A DNA stretch of 64,000 nt, taken from assembly GCF_038871235.1 (NCBI RefSeq), contig NZ_JAVZIN010000007.1:6617-70616 (forward strand). Reading direction: 5' to 3'. Made by a program: the position numbers and the translations under genes. This DNA comes from Candidatus Hadarchaeum sp. (GTDB lineage Archaea; Hadarchaeota; Hadarchaeia; Hadarchaeales; Hadarchaeaceae). Each line of letters opens with the position of its first letter. Within the stretch, counting starts at the first letter, position 1. Shown here piece after piece: positions 57,482-64,000 of the stretch. The notes under the pieces are model-generated. The model had not been told where the DNA came from. It saw nothing but the letters and a program-made list of their open reading frames with translations, and made no database searches.

Positions 57482-57826
57482 ATGGCTAAGGTCAAGATAG
57501 CCATCGCCACTGATGGGCGCAAGGGCTTGGGAGACGAGGTGGCGGAGCACTTCGCCAAGGCGGAGACCTTCACCATTGTCACGATCGAGGGCAAAAAAGC
57601 CCATGTTGAAATCATGGAGAATCCAGCGGCAAAATTGTTAAAAGGAAGAGGCCCAACCGTGGTTCGTTTGCTCAGGGATAATGGGGTGAATACAGTGGTA
57701 GCAGGCGGTTTCGGCTCGGGGTCATTGGCTCTCCTCAGGCAGGGGGGATTTTGCGTAGCGAGGGTGCAGCCTAAGGTTAAAGTCAGTGAAGTTATCCGAA
57801 GTGAGCTTTACAAGAACACCTTTTGA
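57482..57826 (+). CDS. NifB/NifX-type (dinitrogenase FeMo-cofactor-binding fold) domain protein
   Basis: 114 aa. KIAIATDG...EVAEHFAKAETFTIV...GVNTVVAGGFGSGS matches the COG1433-type pattern. Confidence 0.8.
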   Translation: MAKVKIAIATDGRKGLGDEVAEHFAKAETFTIVTIEGKKAHVEIMENPAAKLLKGRGPTVVRLLRDNGVNTVVAGGFGSGSLALLRQGGFCVARVQPKVKVSEVIRSELYKNTF

Positions 57827-57907
57827 GGTCATGTTGATTGTAAAGCATTAGTCATACATTGGCTCTTTTTTAATCGTTTTCTGAGTAGGAGAGGATTGGA
57901 AGCTCTT

Positions 57908-58336
57908 TTACTCCTTTATCTTTTCTAAGACGATCGCCGGACAAACCTTTTTCACTCCCTCTATCATGCCTATTTTTTTCGAGAGAATTTGCGACAGTTC
58001 CCTACCATCACTAGCCCAGATCTCGGTCATTATCATGTGGTCGCCAGCGGATGTGGCCACGTATCTGGTCTCCGGCAGCTCGGCCAGTTTTTGGGCAATC
58101 TCCAGAAGTTTATCCGGGGCCGCGTCGATGCCGACAACGGCGATGGTGCTGAAGCCGATTTTGGCCGGATCTATTACGATGGAGAATTTCCTAATCACTT
58201 TTTTTTCCTTCAGTGAGAGGACCCTTTTTCGCACCGTTGATTCGTTCAGCTTGAGCTTTCTCGCCATCTCGGTAAATGAGATGCTCCCGTCCTCCTCGAG
58301 CATCCTTATAATCTTCAGATCAAGCTCGTCAACCAT
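57908..58336 (-). CDS. Lrp/AsnC family transcriptional regulator
   Basis: 142 aa. LDLKIIRMLEEDGSISFTEMARKLKLNESTVRKRV HTH plus an RAM domain. Confidence 0.9.
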   Translation of the reverse strand: MVDELDLKIIRMLEEDGSISFTEMARKLKLNESTVRKRVLSLKEKKVIRKFSIVIDPAKIGFSTIAVVGIDAAPDKLLEIAQKLAELPETRYVATSAGDHMIMTEIWASDGRELSQILSKKIGMIEGVKKVCPAIVLEKIKE

Positions 58337-58438
58337 GATTTCATCCGATTTAATATTATTTTCTGCTATATAAATCCTATTTTCGGACGAAAGTTTAATA
58401 AATTAGTAAATAAATCTATTTTTACAGGAAGGGATTTT

Positions 58439-58942
58439 ATGAGGAAAATGACCGAGAAGAATTTGAAAGAAGCCTTTGCTGGAGAAAGCCAGGCCCACAT
58501 GAAGTACGCCATCTTTGCGGAAAAAGCCGAAGAGGATGGCCTTAAGAACGTAGCCAGACTTTTTAGAGCCATATCCTTTGCCGAGCTTGTGCATGCGAAA
58601 AACCATCTCAAGGCGCTGGGACAAATGGGGGACTCGATGGACAATCTACAGACGGCGATTGATGGGGAGACCTATGAAGTTGAGGAGATGTATCCGGCGT
58701 TTAGAGCAGTAGCGGATCTACAGAATGAGCGGGGGGCGCAGCAGAGTATTAATTACGCTTTGCAGGCGGAGAAGGTACATGCTGGGATGTATCAGAGCGC
58801 TAAGCAAGCCGTGGCCAGCGGCTCGGATATTAAAATCGGAGCCATCTACATCTGCAAAAAGTGCGGTTATACGGTCGAGGGTGAGGCGCCAAAAAGATGT
58901 CCCATTTGCGGGGCTCCGAGCGCAGAATTTAAGGAGTTCTAG
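58439..58942 (+). CDS. rbr: Rubrerythrin
   Basis: 167 aa. Diiron four-helix bundle (AFAGESQAHMKY, E..H pairs) and a C-terminal rubredoxin-like CKKCGY...CPICG. Confidence 0.93.
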   Translation: MRKMTEKNLKEAFAGESQAHMKYAIFAEKAEEDGLKNVARLFRAISFAELVHAKNHLKALGQMGDSMDNLQTAIDGETYEVEEMYPAFRAVADLQNERGAQQSINYALQAEKVHAGMYQSAKQAVASGSDIKIGAIYICKKCGYTVEGEAPKRCPICGAPSAEFKEF

Positions 58943-58963
58943 GGAATAGATACAGATGGAGGT

Positions 58964-59305
58964 ATGGGCTTGATAAAGTGGAAATGTACTGTTTGCGGCT
59001 ATATTTTCGACGGTGAAAGCCCACCGGAGAAATGTCCCAACTGCGGTGCACCGAAGGAAAAATTTGAGAAGCTTTCAGAGGAAAAGGCGCAGTTGATCGA
59101 GAGGTCCAGGTACACTAACGATCTCCACGTTTCACTGCAGAAGCTACTTGGTGAGGTCCTAGCTGTTGCTGAAAACGGAATCAGGGACAACCTTGATCCC
59201 AGATGTTTGGAGATATTTACTCAGGCTAAGGAGATGGCCTGGACCATAAGGCAGAGGTCCAAAACAGAAGTTCAGACCCACGTTGGCAAAGGGAAGTGGG
59301 GATAA
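58964..59305 (+). CDS. Rubredoxin-like zinc-ribbon domain protein with helical C-terminal extension
   Basis: 113 aa. [12 protein letters not shown]...[14 protein letters not shown]. The C-terminal roughly 75 aa were not recognised. Confidence 0.65.
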   Translation: MGLIKWKCTVCGYIFDGESPPEKCPNCGAPKEKFEKLSEEKAQLIERSRYTNDLHVSLQKLLGEVLAVAENGIRDNLDPRCLEIFTQAKEMAWTIRQRSKTEVQTHVGKGKWG

Positions 59306-59348
59306 GCCAGACCTAAGTCGTTTGGCGTAAAAATGGGAGGTGTAAAAA

Positions 59349-60002
59349 ATGGAGGAGGGTTTAGAAGTTAAAACGCTGCCGAGGCTAGGTGAAAAAGCGC
59401 CCGAGTTTGAGGCCGTGACCACACAGGGAAAGCTGAAGCTATCTGATTTTCGTGGCAGCTGGCTCATCATGTTTTCCCACCCGGCGGATTTCACACCGGT
59501 CTGCACCACCGAGTTCATCGCCTTTGCGAAGATTTACGATGAGCTTCAAAAGAGAAACGTTCAGCTCTTGGGGTTAAGTGTTGACAGCGTGAATTCTCAT
59601 ATCGCTTGGATAAGGAACATCGAGGAGAAGTTCGGCGTGAAGATACCATTTCCGGTGATCGCTGATTTGGATAAGAAGGTTTCTCAGCTCTATGGGATGA
59701 TAATGCCTGGGGAGAGCAAGACTGAAACAACACGGTGCGTCTTTGTGATCGATCCCAACGGCATCGTTCGAGCAATGATTTACTACCCACTGACGACGGG
59801 GAGGAACACTGATGAAATACTCAGGTTAATCGACGCATTGCAGACTACCGATGAGCACCATGTCGCCACGCCGGCTAACTGGCGGCCTGGCGATGATGTT
59901 ATTGTTCCGCCACCGAACACACAGGAGGCGGCCGAGGAAAGGCTGAAACAGGGCTACGAATGCAAGGACTGGTACTTCTGCAAAAAGAAGCTGCCGAGGT
60001 GA
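59349..60002 (+). CDS. Peroxiredoxin (Prx6-like archaeal type)
   Basis: 217 aa. [14 protein letters not shown] peroxidatic Cys motif and a C-terminal CKDWYFC Cys pair, as in archaeal thioredoxin peroxidases. SD GGGAGGTG upstream. Confidence 0.93.
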   Translation: MEEGLEVKTLPRLGEKAPEFEAVTTQGKLKLSDFRGSWLIMFSHPADFTPVCTTEFIAFAKIYDELQKRNVQLLGLSVDSVNSHIAWIRNIEEKFGVKIPFPVIADLDKKVSQLYGMIMPGESKTETTRCVFVIDPNGIVRAMIYYPLTTGRNTDEILRLIDALQTTDEHHVATPANWRPGDDVIVPPPNTQEAAEERLKQGYECKDWYFCKKKLPR

Positions 60003-60006
60003 GGGC

Positions 60007-60225
60007 TTGGCCTGTATATCGCCGGACGGCAAGCCCACGGAATCAGGTCGGAAGTTGCTCCTGGCGGTTAGGGAAAAGCGAACTCCTGAGGAGATAGCCG
60101 AGGAGACCAAGCTGCCGCTATTCCGGGTGAGGAGCGGGTTGAGGGAGCTGGCTGCAGCCGGCTTTGTCCGCGAGGAGCAAGGAAAATACATTTTGACTGA
60201 ATCCGGGTTGCGCGCAACAGTGTAG
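60007..60225 (+). CDS. Small winged-helix protein
   Basis: 72 aa with a TTG start. TPEEIAEETKLPLFRVRSGLRELAAAGFV, a wHTH. Confidence 0.5.
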   Translation: MACISPDGKPTESGRKLLLAVREKRTPEEIAEETKLPLFRVRSGLRELAAAGFVREEQGKYILTESGLRATV

Positions 60226-60267
60226 GATTGAAAATCAGTCATTAAAAATTTTAAGGAGGTGGGAAAA

Positions 60268-60819
60268 ATGGCAAAGGTAGCTCGGGAGATGGTACAAAGG
60301 TCGGGCGTTAACGTCGACGAACTCGTCGATTTGCTGGTGAAGAACGCGGCGGCCGAGCTGACGACTTATTACTACTACACCATATTGAGGGTAAACCTGA
60401 TTGGTCTCGAGGGTGAGGGTATCAAGGAGATTGCCGAGACCGCAAGAATTGAGGATCGGAACCATTTTGAGGCCCTAGTGCCGCGAATATACGAACTTGG
60501 TGGAAAACTTCCGGAAAACATGAAGGATTTTCACGACTGCTCAGCATGTCCACCGGCGAGCCTGCCCAAGGATCCGACGGACATCAGAGCGATGTTGAAG
60601 GTGCTCGTTGAGGCGGAGAGATGCGCGGTGAGGGGCTACACGCACATCTGCAACCTGACCGCGGGCAAGGATCATCGCACCTACGACCTGTCTCTGTCGA
60701 TTCTAAATGAAGAGATTGAGCACGAGTCCTGGTTTTCGGAGTTCTTGGGTGAAGGGCCTTCCGGACATTATCTGAGACGCGGAGAGACGTCACCGTTTGT
60801 TTCGAAGTTCCTGAAGTAG
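60268..60819 (+). CDS. DPS-like (DPSL / ferritin-superfamily) protein
   Basis: ELTTYYYYTIL...EDRNHFE...EEIEHE ferroxidase-type ligands, plus a Cys pair (CSAC). The ATG at 60268 lies 6-7 nt after a GGAGGTG SD; the track start at 60259 is a GTG. Confidence 0.8.
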   Translation: MAKVAREMVQRSGVNVDELVDLLVKNAAAELTTYYYYTILRVNLIGLEGEGIKEIAETARIEDRNHFEALVPRIYELGGKLPENMKDFHDCSACPPASLPKDPTDIRAMLKVLVEAERCAVRGYTHICNLTAGKDHRTYDLSLSILNEEIEHESWFSEFLGEGPSGHYLRRGETSPFVSKFLK

Positions 60820-60847
60820 GGGGCTTTTAGCCCCTTTTTATTTTTTT
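60820..60847 (+). terminator. Stem-loop plus T-tract terminator
   Basis: GGGGC-TTTTA-GCCCC followed by TTTTTATTTTTTT, immediately after the DPSL stop codon. Confidence 0.7.
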
Positions 60848-60872
60848 AAGTGGATTATTTTTGAATGGTAAG

Positions 60873-61106
60873 ATGAGAAAGTTCACCAAGGAGGAACTGG
60901 CCAGTTACAATGGCAGGGAGGGGAAACCAGCCTATGTTGCCTATAAGGGAAAGGTGTATGATGTCTCCTCTAGTTTTCTCTGGAAGGGGGGCAGACATCA
61001 GGCCGGACACAAGGCCGGCGAGGATTTAACCGAGGCCATGAGCAAAGCACCGCATGGTGAGGATTTTTTGAGTAAGTTCCCCGTGGTGGGAATTCTCGAG
61101 CGTTAG
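60873..61106 (+). CDS. Cytochrome b5-like heme/steroid-binding domain protein
   Basis: FTKEELASYNG..GKPAYVAYKGKVYDVS...W.GGRH...HKAGEDLT matches this domain. The ATG at 60873 lies inside a track ORF that starts at TTG 60861. Confidence 0.8.
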   Translation: MRKFTKEELASYNGREGKPAYVAYKGKVYDVSSSFLWKGGRHQAGHKAGEDLTEAMSKAPHGEDFLSKFPVVGILER

Positions 61107-61172
61107 ATGTTTATAAAAATTAGTAGCACGAAGTGAACCTGATGGTTTAGGTGCGGGAAATGGATTGATTTT

Positions 61173-61985
61173 ATGCTTGACTTTTTTCAGAATCTTCATC
61201 CGTTGATACAGACGCTCTTAGCCACAATATTTACTTGGGGGCTGACGGCTCTGGGTGCGGCGGGGGTTTTCTTCCTCAAGGGATTCAATAGAAAAATAAT
61301 GGATGCGATGCTTGGCTTGGCAGCTGGCGTGATGATCTCTGCCAGCTTTTGGTCGCTGCTGTTGCCTGCGATCGAGCTATCGACCGGAAGCGGTTCTCCG
61401 AGCTGGTTTCCGGCCGCTGTGGGGTTTGTTTTTGGAGGCATTTTTCTTCTGGTAATTGACAGAATACTGCCACATTTGCATCTAGGTCTTCCGGATGAAA
61501 AGGCCGAAGGCATTAAGACGACTTGGCATCGAACCACGCTGCTGATCTTGGCGATAACTCTGCATAATATACCTGAAGGGTTGGCCGTCGGCGTTGCCTT
61601 CGGTGCCGCGGCTTCAAATCTTCCCTTTGCCACGCTGGCTGGGGCCATCTCATTGGCCGTGGGCATCGGCATCCAGAACTTCCCCGAGGGCCTTGCCGTT
61701 TCCCTGCCGCTCAGGCGCGAGGGCAAGTCACGGTTGAAAAGCTTCTGGTACGGGCAACTGTCTGCTGTCGTGGAACCTGTTGCGGCCGTGATCGGAGCGG
61801 CGGCGGTCATGACAACTCGTTTGATCCTGCCTTATGCCTTAGCATTCGCCGCTGGCGCGATGATATTCGTGGTCATCGAGGAGCTGGTTCCGGAGTCACA
61901 GACAGGCGGCAACCCAGATCTGGCCACCATTGGCGCCATGCTGGGATTTGTAGTAATGATGATATTGGACGTGGCCTTCGGTTAG
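61173..61985 (+). CDS. ZIP family metal transporter (GufA/ZupT-like)
   Basis: 270 aa. LHNIPEGLAVG and IQNFPEGLAVS motifs. Confidence 0.9.
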   Translation: MLDFFQNLHPLIQTLLATIFTWGLTALGAAGVFFLKGFNRKIMDAMLGLAAGVMISASFWSLLLPAIELSTGSGSPSWFPAAVGFVFGGIFLLVIDRILPHLHLGLPDEKAEGIKTTWHRTTLLILAITLHNIPEGLAVGVAFGAAASNLPFATLAGAISLAVGIGIQNFPEGLAVSLPLRREGKSRLKSFWYGQLSAVVEPVAAVIGAAAVMTTRLILPYALAFAAGAMIFVVIEELVPESQTGGNPDLATIGAMLGFVVMMILDVAFG

Positions 61986-62036
61986 TTTCTCTTCGCCGTG
62001 CTGAAGCTCTTAAACATGAAAGTTCAACATTTAATT

Positions 62037-62332
62037 GCCGGCGAGCTGGTGGGCGACTGTCGGGCGTAAGCCTGAGGAAATTCCGTCCATCGGGCAGGTC
62101 CGCGGCCCCGCAAGGGTACGGTCGAGAGATCGGGAAGATGGAACAGAAACGACACCCCGCGACTCGCGCCGTGATGCGTAAACGCTGAGGTCGTGTCGTT
62201 GGGGATGAAACGGCCATCACGCGGGATGCAAGGGCAAATTGCCGCCGATGAACGCCTGCCGGAGGTGGGTGGTAGCCCGCTTAGCTGAATGTCGCCTGAA
62301 AACAGAAGACGGATTACGGCCAGCACGCCGGC
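62037..62332 (+). ncRNA. rnpB: RNase P RNA (archaeal type A)
   Basis: P1: GCCGGCG (62037-43) pairs with CGCCGGC (62326-32). CR-I-like GAGGAAAUUCCGUCC. P4: UCCGUC pairs with GACGGA inside ACAGAAGACGGAUUAC (CR-V-like). Also present: GGAACAGAAAC, UGCAAGGGCAAAU and GAUGAACGCCUGCC, as in bacterial and archaeal RNase P RNAs. A T5 tract follows directly. Confidence 0.9.
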
Positions 62333-62366
62333 ATTATTTTTAACAAAATGAGATGATGGTTAATAA

Positions 62367-64000
62367 ATGAGAGACCACATTCACGGCTCACAGGGGCACA
62401 TGGGGCACGGCGCTCATGCCCATCACCTTCACGATTTCAAGAGAAGGCTTCTGGTCTCCGCTATTCTCACCGTTCCCGTTCTGATTCTTTCAGAGATGAT
62501 CCAGATGTGGTTCGGCTTCTCCATCTTAATACCCTATCAGGGATTGGTGCTGCTTCTCGTTTCAGTTCCCATCTACGTTTACGGCGGCTGGCCTTTTCTG
62601 GCTGGCTTGGTTGAGGAGATAAGGTCACGTCAGCCCGGGATGATGACCCTTATTGGTATGGCGATTTCCGTGGCCTTCTTCTACTCGGCGGCCACGGTTC
62701 TTGGGGCCTTCGGGATGGATTTTTTCTGGGAACTCGCCACGCTGATTGACGTGATGCTGTTAGGCCATTGGATTGAAGCGAAAAGCGTCTTGGGTGCCTC
62801 GATGGCGCTGGAAGAGCTGGCTCGGATAATACCGACGGCCGCACACCTAGTTGAAGAGGGTGTGGTGAGGGACATCCCTGTCTCGGAACTAAAGCCCGGG
62901 CAGGTGGTGCTGGTTCGTCCCGGTGAGAGAATACCCTCAGACGGAATCGTGATTGAGGGTGAGTCCTCAGTGAACGAGTCCTTTTTGACGGGGGAGTCGA
63001 TGCCGGTGCCCAAGGGAGCCGGGGCGAAGGTCATCGGCGGGGGGATAAATGAGGAGGGAGCCCTGAAGGTGAGGGTGGAAAAGACGGGCGAGGAGACCTA
63101 CCTGGCGCAGGTCATCAAGCTGGTGAAACAGGCGCAGGAGAGCCGATCGAGGACTCAAGATCTGGCCAACAGGGCCGCCGCGCTGCTTTTCTACATTGCC
63201 CTTGGTGTTGGGATTTTGGCCTACGTCGCTTGGTCGCTCGTTTCAGACCCGGGCTTTGCGATAGAGCGATCCGTTACCGTCATGGTGATCGCCTGTCCCC
63301 ACGCTCTTGGTCTGGCCATACCTCTCGTCGTTGCCATCTCCACCTCCATCACCGCGAGGAGCGGGATTCTCATCAGGGATAGAAAGGCCTTTGAGGCGAT
63401 TAGAAATGTGGATGCGGTTGTTTTTGACAAGACGGGGACACTGACGGAGGGGAAGCTCGGCGTCACCGATGTAGTTTCCTTCACCTCCGAGGAGGAACTT
63501 CTGAGGTTCACCGCCAGCATTGAACTCAACTCCGAACACATGATTGCCAAGGCCATCGTGGAGCACGCCCGGAAGAGGAATGTTGATATTCCCGTCGCCG
63601 AGGATTTTAAAGCGATACCGGGCAGAGGCGCCAGAGGCAGAGTTCTGGGGAAGGAGGTTTATGTGGGCGGCCCCAACCTGCTGAAGGATCTGAAAAAGGA
63701 GACGGCTGATTCTAGAATAAAAGAACTTCAAGAGGGAGGAAAAACCGTCATCTTCACCCTAATAGAAGGTGAGTTGGCTGGGGCCTTTGCCCTCGCGGAC
63801 AGGATCAGGGCCGAGTCCTATGAGGCGGTTAGAAGGCTCAAGGAGATGGGCCTGAAGGTCTACATGATCACGGGTGACTCTGAGAATGTCGCCCGCCGTG
63901 TCGCCGATGAACTCAAAGTTGATGATTACTTTGCCCAGGTTTTGCCCGAGGAAAAGGCGGAGAAGGTTAAGGCTTTAAGGGAGGCCGGGCAGCGGGTGGC
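62367..64000 (+). CDS. copB: Copper-translocating P1B-type ATPase, CopB-like (His-rich N-terminus, CPH motif); 3' end outside the window
   Basis: Open to the window edge, so absent from the ORF track. N-terminus MRDHIHGSQGHMGHGAHAHHLHD. Motifs TGES, ACPHALGLA, FDKTGTLT and ITGDS. Confidence 0.92.
   Translation, partial: MRDHIHGSQGHMGHGAHAHHLHDFKRRLLVSAILTVPVLILSEMIQMWFGFSILIPYQGLVLLLVSVPIYVYGGWPFLAGLVEEIRSRQPGMMTLIGMAISVAFFYSAATVLGAFGMDFFWELATLIDVMLLGHWIEAKSVLGASMALEELARIIPTAAHLVEEGVVRDIPVSELKPGQVVLVRPGERIPSDGIVIEGESSVNESFLTGESMPVPKGAGAKVIGGGINEEGALKVRVEKTGEETYLAQVIKLVKQAQESRSRTQDLANRAAALLFYIALGVGILAYVAWSLVSDPGFAIERSVTVMVIACPHALGLAIPLVVAISTSITARSGILIRDRKAFEAIRNVDAVVFDKTGTLTEGKLGVTDVVSFTSEEELLRFTASIELNSEHMIAKAIVEHARKRNVDIPVAEDFKAIPGRGARGRVLGKEVYVGGPNLLKDLKKETADSRIKELQEGGKTVIFTLIEGELAGAFALADRIRAESYEAVRRLKEMGLKVYMITGDSENVARRVADELKVDDYFAQVLPEEKAEKVKALREAGQRV

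Noticed and set aside
55327-57826. Idea that the radical SAM protein plus the NifX-like protein make up a split NifB
   Set aside because: The radical SAM N-terminal signature (YGPV..RLG, CSFDCIYC) does not resemble the NifB cluster motif. The two genes are separated by two unrelated genes, and no nitrogenase genes are present.
61107-61172. Half-site-like TTTAGGT upstream of the second ZIP gene
   Set aside because: Only one arm is present (AACCT...TTTAGGT gives at most a 4-bp inverted match), so it is not a convincing DtxR-type operator.
61196-61810. 204-aa minus-strand ORF opposite the second ZIP transporter
   Set aside because: Antisense shadow. The + strand product has both ZIP signature motifs.
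61873-62326. Tracked minus-strand ORFs 61873..62220 and 62024..62326
   Set aside because: They lie over the RNase P RNA gene. Their products are Arg/Pro-rich, as expected from translating a structured GC-rich RNA gene.
1-64000. Search by eye for CRISPR arrays, tRNA/rRNA genes, IS elements, integrases, long direct or inverted repeats, inteins and in-frame stop recoding
   Set aside because: I found none. Gene lengths are normal for their families, no regularly spaced repeats were seen, and no intergenic region contains a tRNA-like acceptor/T-arm sequence. A computational repeat and tRNA scan would be needed to exclude short elements.

Overview
This is a densely packed archaeal chromosomal segment. 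Diagnostic genes are archaeal-type ProRS, ThrRS with the archaeal N-terminal editing domain, RadA, ABCE1, SRP54, L21e-Rpo4/F-DUF655, an Sm-like protein, an NMD3-like protein, pantoate kinase, archaeal PPAT and ApgM. I saw no rRNA, tRNA, CRISPR array, transposase or integrase.

The window falls into two parts.

(1) About 0.3-45.5 kb is mostly housekeeping and biosynthesis:
- NAD salvage (pncA-NAPRT) and proBA.
- A CoA cluster (PPAT-CoaBC-pantoate kinase).
- ilvBNCD-leuCDB, ubiX, tmk and hypF.
- A four-subunit por-type 2-oxoacid:ferredoxin oxidoreductase.
- A few small accessory modules: a DUF4258-like/DUF2283 pair, a ParB/Srx-fold gene coupled to apgM, and a wHTH-CPBP-ATP-cone/PD-(D/E)xK nuclease trio.

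(2) About 45.5-64 kb is a striking concentration of metal-homeostasis and oxidative-stress genes, each with its own AT-rich promoter region:
- A desulforedoxin-like mini-ORF (below the ORF-track cutoff), a bacterioferritin-like protein, and a glutaredoxin-like protein coupled to an FTR-rubredoxin fusion.
- korAB, DtxR/FeoA-FeoB, DUF134-MBL, and a second DtxR-like regulator with ZIP and a radical SAM gene.
- A ferritin-like/VIT1 fusion, DUF5320 with a NifX-like protein, Lrp, rubrerythrin, a rubredoxin-like protein and peroxiredoxin.
- A wHTH protein, a DPS-like protein, a cytochrome b5-like protein, a second ZIP and a CopB-type P-type ATPase that runs off the right edge.

Features not visible in the ORF track:
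- A type-A RNase P RNA at 62037..62332, under two spurious ORFs.
- The 48-codon desulforedoxin-like gene.
- Three DtxR-type palindromic operators placed on TATA-like elements.

All calls rest on reading motifs by eye. Start codons are often non-ATG (TTG/GTG) and uncertain, and no database search or statistic was run.
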